Source of the DNA: a virus
Lineage: Duplodnaviria; Caudoviricetes
IMG/VR virus record: IMGVR_UViG_3300030330_000369
Location: 1-32,148 of that record
Reading direction: 5' to 3' (one strand)
Length of the DNA stretch: 32,148 bases
Positions within the stretch are counted from its first letter, which is position 1; each line of letters begins with the position of its first letter. Positions 9,274 to 17,289 of this stretch are shown piece by piece. The position numbers were made by a program, and so were the translations under genes. Below the pieces are notes generated by a model, which saw nothing but the letters and a program-made list of their open reading frames with translations, had not been told where the DNA came from and did not search any database.

Positions 9274-9654
9274 ATGGCACACTTTGCAGAATTAAATAGT
9301 GCAAACGAAGTATTAAGAGTAACCGTAGTAGAAAACAAAGATACCGCAGACGTAAATGGAGTTGAAAAAGAATACATTGGTCAGGCTCACTTAGAAAAAG
9401 TGTTGGGCGGTACATGGAAACAAACCTCTTACAATGGCAACATTCGTGGTAACTATGCAGGTAAAGGTTATACATATTTTGTAGATCAGGATTTGTTTAT
9501 GCCTCCTAAGCCATATAATAGTTGGTCTATGTCTACTGCTGATGCTACATGGATAGCACCTAGTGCAATGCCTACTGATGGCAATATGTATAACTGGGAT
9601 GAAGATAATCAAACATGGATTGATTTAGGTGGTTCTAGTGCTGGAGGCATTTAA
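9274..9654 (+). CDS. Fibre-associated/assembly chaperone-like protein
   Basis: MAHFAEL...WKQTSYN...RGNYAGKGYTY...PPKPYNSW...YNWDE; a motif set usually next to Gly-rich fibres. Confidence 0.65.
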   Translation: MAHFAELNSANEVLRVTVVENKDTADVNGVEKEYIGQAHLEKVLGGTWKQTSYNGNIRGNYAGKGYTYFVDQDLFMPPKPYNSWSMSTADATWIAPSAMPTDGNMYNWDEDNQTWIDLGGSSAGGI

Positions 9655-9657
9655 ACG

Positions 9658-9834
9658 ATGAAGACAGAAGAGTTACTAAATGAACTAGATATACGATTAA
9701 CATCTCATGAAGCTGTGTGTGCAGAAAGATGGGCTGAAACACTTTCTAAAATAAAGAGACTAGAAACTATATTAATTGGTTGTTTTGGTTCTATTGTATT
9801 AATACTTATTACTATTATTTTAAAACTAAGCTAA
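9658..9834 (+). CDS. 58-aa membrane-anchored coiled-coil protein (not in ORF track)
   Basis: MKTEELLNELDIRLTSHEAVCAERWAETLSKIKRLETILIGCFGSIVLILITIILKLS; GGAGG upstream; C-terminal TM helix. Confidence 0.75.
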   Translation: MKTEELLNELDIRLTSHEAVCAERWAETLSKIKRLETILIGCFGSIVLILITIILKLS

Positions 9835-9844
9835 GGAGAAGTCT

Positions 9845-9973
9845 ATGTACGGCATGATGAAAGGCAAGAAGAAACCAATGAAAAAAGCCATGAATGGTAT
9901 GGGTAAGAGTTATGGTGGTAAGAAAATGATGGCTAAAAAACCAATGAAAAAACCAGCTAAGAGGAAAGCATAA
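9845..9973 (+). CDS. 42-aa Lys/Met-rich basic microprotein (not in ORF track)
   Basis: MYGMMKGKKKPMKKAMNGMGKSYGGKKMMAKKPMKKPAKRKA; AAGGAG RBS; TAATG coupling to the next gene. Confidence 0.75.
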   Translation: MYGMMKGKKKPMKKAMNGMGKSYGGKKMMAKKPMKKPAKRKA

Positions 9974-10137
9974 TGCCTGGTTCTAAGCTAAAAAAAGGTT
10001 CTTCTAAAGATGCAATATCTAGTAATATAAAAAAACTTAAAAAAGAAGGATATTCACCACAGCAAAGTGTAGCTATAGCTTTGCAAACTGCTGGAAGAAC
10101 CAAAAAAACAAAAAAGAAAAGGAGTAAACGTGGCTAA
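9973..10137 (+). CDS. 54-aa basic microprotein (not in ORF track)
   Basis: MPGSKLKKGSSKDAISSNIKKLKKEGYSPQQSVAIALQTAGRTKKTKKKRSKRG; matches the recurrent phage LKKG.S...IS.NI...G....Q.VAIAL pattern. Confidence 0.8.
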   Translation: MPGSKLKKGSSKDAISSNIKKLKKEGYSPQQSVAIALQTAGRTKKTKKKRSKRG

Positions 10138-10315
10138 AGGAATACCTCACTATTTTAGAGATGGAAAAGAATACAAAGGCAAAATGCACAAAATGCCTAA
10201 TGGTGATGCACATTCTGGTGCAACACATACCAAGTCTAGTAAAAAACTTTACCATTTCAAAGATCTTTCTAAAACAGCACAAAAGAGGGCTAAAAGTGGC
10301 AGCAAAAAAGTCTAA
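10130..10315 (+). CDS. 61-aa basic His-containing protein
   Basis: GTG start after AAGGAG; HYFRDG...HKMPNG.AHSGATHT...LYH. Confidence 0.75.
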   Translation: MAKGIPHYFRDGKEYKGKMHKMPNGDAHSGATHTKSSKKLYHFKDLSKTAQKRAKSGSKKV

Positions 10316-10457
10316 AAAGTCTCCTACACCAACTAATAAGGCTTTGTATAGCAGAGTCAAAGCAGAGGCTAAACGTAAGTTTGATGTATACCCATCAGCT
10401 TATGCTAATGCTTGGTTAGTAAGGGAGTATAAAAAAAGAGGTGGAGGTTACGCATAA
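10296..10457 (+). CDS. 53-aa basic protein (resembles the N-terminal half of DUF5872)
   Basis: PTNKALYSRVKAEAKRKFDVYPSAYANAWLVREYKKRGGGY; GTG 10296 after GAGG; the longer track start overlaps the upstream gene. Confidence 0.7.
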   Translation: MAAKKSKKSPTPTNKALYSRVKAEAKRKFDVYPSAYANAWLVREYKKRGGGYA

Positions 10458-10538
10458 ATGGGTTTAGTTATGTTTTTTATAATCGTTGTTGTACCTGTAG
10501 GAGTTGTTTACTATGTCACTAAAAGAATGGTTTGGTAA
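10458..10538 (+). CDS. 26-aa single-pass membrane peptide (not in ORF track)
   Basis: MGLVMFFIIVVVPVGVVYYVTKRMVW; GGAGGT at 10443-10448; ATG immediately follows the upstream TAA. Confidence 0.5.
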   Translation: MGLVMFFIIVVVPVGVVYYVTKRMVW

Positions 10539-10800
10539 AGGCAAAAAAGGTGACTGGGTAGATATAGGAGCACCTAAGAAAAAAGGCAAATTTCAACCCT
10601 GTGGGCGTAAGTCTACTAAAGATAGTAAAAGAGCCTATCCAAAATGTGTTCCTAGGTCTAAAGCCAAGAGTATGACAGAGGCACAAAGAAAGTCTGCTGT
10701 AAGAAGAAAGAGAGCAGCAGGAAATCCAGGAGGTAAACCTACCAATGTAAGAACATTTGCAAGGAAAAAGAATGGTTCAAAAAAAGTATCAAAATCCTAA
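10513..10800 (+). CDS. 95-aa basic protein (resembles the C-terminal half of DUF5872)
   Basis: MSLKEWF...WVDIG...PCGRK...YPKCVP; AGGAG at 10499-10503. Confidence 0.75.
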   Translation: MSLKEWFGKGKKGDWVDIGAPKKKGKFQPCGRKSTKDSKRAYPKCVPRSKAKSMTEAQRKSAVRRKRAAGNPGGKPTNVRTFARKKNGSKKVSKS

Positions 10801-11026
10801 AGGTGGTCTTAACAAAGCTGGTAGGGCGTATTTTAAAAGAACTACTGGTGCTAACCTAAAACCACCAGTATCTGCTAAGAAGGCAAAAAAGTCACCTAAA
10901 GCAGCAGCTAGGCGAAAAAGTTTCTGTGCCAGGATGCAGGGAATGAAAAAGAAAAGAACAGGTAGTAAAACAGCAAATGACCCTAACAGTAGGATTAATA
11001 AAGCACTTAGAAAGTGGGATTGCTAA
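10772..11026 (+). CDS. 84-aa basic protein (DUF6321-like)
   Basis: NPKGGLNKAGR...NLKPPV...RRKSFCARMQGM...DPNSRINKALRKWDC. Confidence 0.75.
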   Translation: MVQKKYQNPKGGLNKAGRAYFKRTTGANLKPPVSAKKAKKSPKAAARRKSFCARMQGMKKKRTGSKTANDPNSRINKALRKWDC

Positions 11027-11691
11027 TGGCACTAACAACAACATATTTAGATTTAGTAAATGATGTACTAGTAAGGCTTAGAGAAGCTCAGGTATCTAGT
11101 GTATCTCAGAATGGGTATTCTTCTTTGATAGGTGCTTTAATTAATGATGCTAAAAGAGAAGTAGAAGACGCATGGAACTGGGATGTGCTAAGAAACACAG
11201 TATCATTTACTACACAGCAAGGCACATTTAATTATAATTTAGATGGTGCTAGAAATAAATTTAGAATCATCTCTGCACATAATGATACAGAAGATGTGTT
11301 TTTACGTTACCAGACAACAGCATACTTTATACAAAGTTTATTATTAACTGATACTCCCACACAGGGAGCACCATTGTATTATAATCCTAATGGTGTAGAT
11401 GCTGATAGAGATGGACAGATAGACTTGTATCCTATTCCTGATGGTGAGTATATAATAAGGTTTGATTTAGTAATACCAGAACAAGAACTAACAACTGATA
11501 CTGACACCACAGCCATGCAGAAGAATGTAATTACATCTCTTGCATGGGCTAAAGCAATAGAAGAGCGTGGTGAAGATGGAGGTATCAGCGTATCAAGTCA
11601 GTATGCAGTAGCTAAACAGGCTCTAGCAGATGCTATAGCTATAGAAGCTGCAAGAAGACCTGATGAAGAAACTGTGTGGTATCCGTCATAA
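11026..11691 (+). CDS. Tail tubular protein A / head-tail adaptor
   Basis: TYLDLVNDVLVRLRE N-terminus, WNW, LYPIPD; precedes the nozzle gene. Confidence 0.8.
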   Translation: MALTTTYLDLVNDVLVRLREAQVSSVSQNGYSSLIGALINDAKREVEDAWNWDVLRNTVSFTTQQGTFNYNLDGARNKFRIISAHNDTEDVFLRYQTTAYFIQSLLLTDTPTQGAPLYYNPNGVDADRDGQIDLYPIPDGEYIIRFDLVIPEQELTTDTDTTAMQKNVITSLAWAKAIEERGEDGGISVSSQYAVAKQALADAIAIEAARRPDEETVWYPS

Positions 11692-13280
11692 TGCCTAATA
11701 AACCTATACAACCAGTAGCTATAGTATCACCAGGTTTTTTTGGTATTAATACACAAGACTCTGGTGTTACTCTTGACTTGTCATTTACACTAGAAGCAGA
11801 CAATGCTGTGATTGATAAGTCTGGTAGAATGGCTGCTAGAAAAGGATGGGAGTATCAGACAACTGCCGGCGGTACATCAACACTACCAGAAGTTTTAATA
11901 GAGTTTGATGCATACACAGCTACTAATTCTTATAATATTATTAGTGGCGGTAACAACAACTTGTATGAAGGTGAAGGTACTATGTCTGCTCTTCCTGTAT
12001 ATAATGTAAGTGCTACAGGAACATTAGGTTATAGTATAACAGACAACAACTGGCAGTTTAAACAAGCAGAGTTTGAAAGTGGTTTAAATTTTAGTCCACA
12101 CATGTATGCAGTGCAAAAAAGTCATCAGCCTTTGGTATATAATAAACTACCAACAGGAAGTTTTGGTTTTAGAAGATTAGTAGATGTTGGTAATGTTCCT
12201 TCTGGGTACGGAGCAACTACGTTTATACCAAATGTAGCATTATCAGCTTTTGGTAGAATGTGGATGGCTGATATAAAAGATGACCCATTAACAATATACC
12301 ACAGTGTATTACTAGACGGTTCAGACTTTACTGGTTCTGGTTCAGGACAGTTAAACCTAGAGAAAGTCGTACCTGGTGGTGATAAAATAACAGCACTAGC
12401 TGCACATAACAACTTTTTAGTAATATTTTGTGAACACCACATTGTATTGTATCAAAATGCAGATGATATAAGTAACATATCATTGAATGATGTAATCGTA
12501 GGTACAGGATGTATTGCAAGAGACTCTGTACAAGTTATAGGTACTGATTTAGTATTTCTATCTGATAGTGGTCTAAGAAGTCTAGGTAGAACCATACAAG
12601 AGAAGTCAGCACCACTAAGAGACTTGTCAAAGAATGTAAGGGATAACTTTCTTGCACTTATAGCGGTAGAGAAAAAAGAAGAGATAAGAAGTGTATACTA
12701 TGAGAAAGAAGCATTTTATTTATTAACTTTACCAGCTTCAGGATTTACTTTTTGTTTTGATGTAAGAGCAACACTGCCTGATGGTTCATATAGAGCAACC
12801 AGATGGGATAGTATAGACCCATCAGCATTAGTAGTTACACATGATAATAGATTGCTTATAGGTCAGCCTGACGGCATAGCAGAGTATAAAAACTTTACAG
12901 ATAATGGTTCTAGTTATGTATTTAGTTATCTATCACCATACCTAGACTTTGGCAGACCTGATATAACAAAGATACCTAAAAAGATTAATGTAACAGTTAT
13001 AGGTGCTATTAATACTACATTAGCTTTGAAATGGGCTTTTGATTATGAAAATAATTTTAATAATGCAGATGTAACAACAAAAGAAGGAAATATTGCTGAA
13101 TATGGTACAGCAGAATACAACATAGCAGAATATTCAGCTTCTGTATTTATTGATAAACTTAGTACACAGTTGTCAGGAAATGGTAACATCTTACAAGTAG
13201 GTGTAAATGCTTCTATAAATGGTAACCCTCTATCATTACAAAAGATAGATATATATTCAGTCTTAGGAAGGACTATATAA
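11691..13280 (+). CDS. Tail tubular protein B / nozzle (head-stabilisation protein)
   Basis: About 529 aa, beta-rich; GTGCIARDSVQVIGTDLVFLSDSGLRSL motif; position after the adaptor. Confidence 0.8.
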   Translation: MPNKPIQPVAIVSPGFFGINTQDSGVTLDLSFTLEADNAVIDKSGRMAARKGWEYQTTAGGTSTLPEVLIEFDAYTATNSYNIISGGNNNLYEGEGTMSALPVYNVSATGTLGYSITDNNWQFKQAEFESGLNFSPHMYAVQKSHQPLVYNKLPTGSFGFRRLVDVGNVPSGYGATTFIPNVALSAFGRMWMADIKDDPLTIYHSVLLDGSDFTGSGSGQLNLEKVVPGGDKITALAAHNNFLVIFCEHHIVLYQNADDISNISLNDVIVGTGCIARDSVQVIGTDLVFLSDSGLRSLGRTIQEKSAPLRDLSKNVRDNFLALIAVEKKEEIRSVYYEKEAFYLLTLPASGFTFCFDVRATLPDGSYRATRWDSIDPSALVVTHDNRLLIGQPDGIAEYKNFTDNGSSYVFSYLSPYLDFGRPDITKIPKKINVTVIGAINTTLALKWAFDYENNFNNADVTTKEGNIAEYGTAEYNIAEYSASVFIDKLSTQLSGNGNILQVGVNASINGNPLSLQKIDIYSVLGRTI

Positions 13281-13516
13281 TGAGTAATTATTCTAAAACA
13301 ACTAACTTCGCAGCAAAGGACACATTAAATAGTGGTGACCCAAACAAAGTCGTTAAAGGAACGGAAATTAATACTGAATTTGATAACATTGCTACAGCAG
13401 TTGCGACGAAAGCTAATAGTGCCTCCCCAGCGGTAACAGGCACAGCAACAATTACAAATGTTGTACTATCAGGTACGTTCTCTGGTGGTTCAATAGAAGG
13501 AGGGACATACTCGTGA
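13280..13516 (+). CDS. 78-aa tail-fibre N-terminal anchor/adaptor
   Basis: MSNYSKTTNFAAKD...KVVKGTEINTEFDNIATAVATK resembles podovirus fibre attachment N-termini; ends IEGGTYS. Confidence 0.65.
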   Translation: MSNYSKTTNFAAKDTLNSGDPNKVVKGTEINTEFDNIATAVATKANSASPAVTGTATITNVVLSGTFSGGSIEGGTYS

Positions 13517-15963
13517 GTATCTTAGATGATTACAGAAGATTCCAAGAAGAGCAACGTGCGAAAGGCATAGACCCTTCTGTTGCTCCTAGACTGACACAAC
13601 TAGAGCAAGATGCAATGAGATTAGCTGCTACGTCTCCAGAACCCACCACAGCCTCACCACAGCCCTCTGGAGACGATAGTAGCCCTAACCTATTTACAGA
13701 GTCAAGAACGCAGACACAGGCTCGTGAGAGCGTTACAGACGATACTTCATTGTATGAACAAAGAGTTAATAATCTTAGAGATGAATTTGGAAAACAGTAT
13801 GATGTATTAGAAGCATCAGGATTTAGTTATGTAAATTCTAGTGATATAGATTATATTATAGATGAACAAGCTAAAGAGTTTGCTAAAGCTGGTGTAGATA
13901 GTATTTATGATTTAGGTAAAAGAAGTGTAGACACAACTAGAGAAAACGTAGAAGTAGAAAGATTCCGTGACCCTAACACTGGTAATTTTAAATACTACTA
14001 CAATGAAGAACCTACTACTCCAATGGGAGTTGGTAAAAGAATAGAAGTACAACCTAGCACTGTTAAAGAAGTAGATACAGGTAGGTCTATAGGTCAAGGT
14101 GCTACAGAGAAGATGTATATAGCAACTTTGCCTGATACTATGGATGAGTTGTTTAATAAGAAAACAGGAGAGACAGTAGATGTATTTGCAGGTGGTGGTA
14201 CATTGTCAGGTGACCCTGATGAGCCTACTACATTTGGTAACTTGTATTCAGGTGTAGAAGGAGGTGCAGCACTGAATGTTAAGTTTGCTGGAGATAAACC
14301 AGTATTCTATCCTCTGTATCAAGATACTTCTGACAGAGATATAATAACACCAGCCGTAGTAGCTAGTAGTATTGCTTTTGCTGCGTTTCCTGGTGTTAGT
14401 GAGACTATAGGAACTACTTTAGGTGCCAAAAGTGGAAGCGTAGCAGCTAAAGCAGTAGGTAATGCTGTAATAGCAGGAGGTACTGGTTTAGCAATAGGAA
14501 AAGATGTAGAAGATGCTTTACTTGCTTCTATTATAAGTTACGGTACAACCTTTGGTGCAGATGCTTTAACATCAGGTAAGTTTGGTGATTATTTAGTTGA
14601 AAAAGATATATTAGACCCATCAACAGTAGAAAAGCTAGGTATTCCAAGAGCATTTGAAAATACTCTTCCTGATGATTTAGGTTTTTCAGCAGAAGCATTT
14701 GAGATGGGATTACAACCTCCTGGTGCTACTACTACTGCTTTACCAGGGGTAGATGGCTTAGATACTTCTTTAACAGGAGGTTTAGATTATTCTCTACCTA
14801 CAGATGTTAGTTTAGCACAACAAGATTTTACTCCGCAAACTTATGGAGAGTCATCATTAGGTGTAGGTGCTCCTTCTAATTTATTTGATCAAGCAGGAAT
14901 AGGTGGAGTTGATACTTTACTTACAGGAGGGACTAATTTAACTGGTTTAAGTGATTTAACAGGTCTTAGTGATGCTCTTCCTAATATAACTGATGCAGCA
15001 AGTGCTACAAAAGCAGTAGAAGATGTCTTAAAACTAGGAGTTGCTGGTGCTGTAAGTACAGAAGTAGTAGATAAAGTAGTAGATGAAGCTAGTAAATTTA
15101 TTGACCTAAAAGAAACGTTTGGTGAAGATTTTGGTGGTTTCTTAGAAAAATCTATAGGAACTGGTATAGACTTTGCTAAACTAGAAGAGATAAGAAAAAG
15201 ACTAGAAGGTAGAGGTGAAGACATAGCAGGAGAGTTTGCTGGTCTATTTAAGCCTTATACAGTAAGAAGTGGCTTAGGAGTAAGTGAGATAACTCCTGAA
15301 GGAGCTACTGCTACTGCTGATGCAGCATATCAACCTATTAGAACAGCACAGCTAAGTGGGGCTACAAGTTTGTTTGAAGGATTACCTGCAACTAGAGAAG
15401 AAGCTACAGCACAACAACTAGCAGCTACTAGAGCATTGACTGAACCACAGAGACAAAGAGAACAAGAAAGAATGTTAGGTACACTAGCACAGAGAGGTTT
15501 GCTAGGTTATGGTCAGACTATGCCAACTGTAGGAGGTGAACGCAGAGTTAATCCACTAGCTGAGTCTATACTATCTGCACAAGAACTTGCTAGATCAAAA
15601 GAAGCACTAGATGCACAAACATTTGGTCTAACAGAAGCAGGAAGACAACGACAACTAGCTCAAGGTTTACTAACAGGAGCACAAACTATAGATAAACAAG
15701 CAGCAGATCAACTAGGCAGAACACAGAATATAGCTTACACATTAGGACAAGTACCAGCTAGAGAAGGTTTAAGAACTAAATCGCAGTTTGAACAACTAGG
15801 AGCACAGGCTGAGATTGCAGGTTTAACAGGACTAGCAGAATTTGGTAAAGGTTTATTTGGTTTAGAAACAGAACCTGGTAATGTTCCTATTGATGGAGAA
15901 AGAAAGTATAGTGCAGACGAAGTTAGAAGGTTCTTAGAAGCATTAGGAATGACTATTGGATAA
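13513..15963 (+). CDS. Internal virion/DNA ejection protein 1
   Basis: 816 aa with Ala/Gly-rich hydrophobic segments and a Gln-rich helical C-terminus; first of three large genes after the tail genes. Confidence 0.6.
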   Translation: MSILDDYRRFQEEQRAKGIDPSVAPRLTQLEQDAMRLAATSPEPTTASPQPSGDDSSPNLFTESRTQTQARESVTDDTSLYEQRVNNLRDEFGKQYDVLEASGFSYVNSSDIDYIIDEQAKEFAKAGVDSIYDLGKRSVDTTRENVEVERFRDPNTGNFKYYYNEEPTTPMGVGKRIEVQPSTVKEVDTGRSIGQGATEKMYIATLPDTMDELFNKKTGETVDVFAGGGTLSGDPDEPTTFGNLYSGVEGGAALNVKFAGDKPVFYPLYQDTSDRDIITPAVVASSIAFAAFPGVSETIGTTLGAKSGSVAAKAVGNAVIAGGTGLAIGKDVEDALLASIISYGTTFGADALTSGKFGDYLVEKDILDPSTVEKLGIPRAFENTLPDDLGFSAEAFEMGLQPPGATTTALPGVDGLDTSLTGGLDYSLPTDVSLAQQDFTPQTYGESSLGVGAPSNLFDQAGIGGVDTLLTGGTNLTGLSDLTGLSDALPNITDAASATKAVEDVLKLGVAGAVSTEVVDKVVDEASKFIDLKETFGEDFGGFLEKSIGTGIDFAKLEEIRKRLEGRGEDIAGEFAGLFKPYTVRSGLGVSEITPEGATATADAAYQPIRTAQLSGATSLFEGLPATREEATAQQLAATRALTEPQRQREQERMLGTLAQRGLLGYGQTMPTVGGERRVNPLAESILSAQELARSKEALDAQTFGLTEAGRQRQLAQGLLTGAQTIDKQAADQLGRTQNIAYTLGQVPAREGLRTKSQFEQLGAQAEIAGLTGLAEFGKGLFGLETEPGNVPIDGERKYSADEVRRFLEALGMTIG

Positions 15964-15975
15964 AGGATAAAAGAT

Positions 15976-17289
15976 ATGATGGATGTAATGAAAGGATTAT
16001 TTGCTAGTGATAGACCTACTGGTGCAACAGTCAGAAGAAGAACACCTGCTGTAAGGCAAAGCAGTCCTATAGGTGCTATCAGTGGTATGATAGAAGAAGC
16101 CAGAGGTGATCTATCTAGTAGCATTAGAGGCTTGTTTGGACAGCAAACACCAGAAGAAGCACAAGCACAACAGTTGCAAGAAATTAAAGCAGCTTACTCA
16201 GATGCTTTGTTAAATACTGGAATTGACCCTAATACACCAGAAGGACTAACAGCAGCAGGTAATAAATTAATTAATAACTCTAATCCTACTATTCAGTTAG
16301 TAGGTCATAACTTAATTAAAGAAGCTCAAAAATTAGAAGTTAATTTAGCTGCTCAAAGAAGAAAAGTACAAACAGAAGAGTTAAATATAGCAGAAAAAGT
16401 ATTGAACATACAAGAAAATTTAAGAGGCGGTACTGAGTTAATTGCTCGTTTTCAAGAAGCAGCATCAGCATTAGGTCTTCCTATATATCAAACTCTTGAA
16501 AAATATAGTAGACCAGACAGAATAGCAATGGCAAATTATCTTCAAACATCAGCAGTAAAAGTATCTGCTGCTGCAAAAGAATCTTTAAGACAAGAGAAAG
16601 CTGCACTAAGACAAAAAGGTAAAATTGATGCTGCTAGAACAACTGTACGAGCTTTAAATAGTGTTATTGGAAGATTAGATTCAGAAAAAACTGAAAAACC
16701 TTTTATACCATCAGCAAGTGTAGGAGGTTTATTAACTTGGCTTCCTGGTTCAAAATTTAAAGACCTTGCAGCACAGTTAGACACTATAAAAGCAAATATT
16801 GGTTTTGATCAATTAGCCCAGTTAAAAGAAAGCTCACCTACAGGGGGTGCTTTAGGACAAGTTTCTAATTTTGAATTAAGTTCTTTACAAGCTGTAAGAA
16901 ATTCTTTAGATCAAACTCAAAGCTCTGCTCAGTTAGAAAGAAATTCTAGGCTTATAAGAGATGGTTATGGTGAATTTTTACTTAGTATTTATAATGACCC
17001 TAAGTTAGATAAAACAACAAAAAGAGAAATTAGATTTATGTTAGGCGAATTAGGTTTTTCACCAAATACAAAAAGTAAAAGTTCTGATATTATATTAAAA
17101 TATAGTGATCAAGACGCAGAAAAACTTGTAACTCAGTATCAAATTCAAATGAATCGTATAAAAGACGGATTAGGTTTAGAAAAATTTAACTTTGGAGTTT
17201 TAAATAAAACATTAAAACCGATAGATGTTTTAACAGAAGTAGAGCGTTTAATGGTTAGAGAAGGAAGAATAAAACCAAAAGGAAATTAA
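15976..17289 (+). CDS. Internal virion/DNA ejection protein 2
   Basis: 437 aa, helical; SPTGGALGQVSNFELSSLQ motif. Confidence 0.6.
   Translation: MMDVMKGLFASDRPTGATVRRRTPAVRQSSPIGAISGMIEEARGDLSSSIRGLFGQQTPEEAQAQQLQEIKAAYSDALLNTGIDPNTPEGLTAAGNKLINNSNPTIQLVGHNLIKEAQKLEVNLAAQRRKVQTEELNIAEKVLNIQENLRGGTELIARFQEAASALGLPIYQTLEKYSRPDRIAMANYLQTSAVKVSAAAKESLRQEKAALRQKGKIDAARTTVRALNSVIGRLDSEKTEKPFIPSASVGGLLTWLPGSKFKDLAAQLDTIKANIGFDQLAQLKESSPTGGALGQVSNFELSSLQAVRNSLDQTQSSAQLERNSRLIRDGYGEFLLSIYNDPKLDKTTKREIRFMLGELGFSPNTKSKSSDIILKYSDQDAEKLVTQYQIQMNRIKDGLGLEKFNFGVLNKTLKPIDVLTEVERLMVREGRIKPKGN

Noticed and set aside
10161-10295. N-terminal extension of the track ORF 10161-10457
   Set aside because: Overlaps the 10130-10315 gene; GTG 10296 with GAGG is the better start
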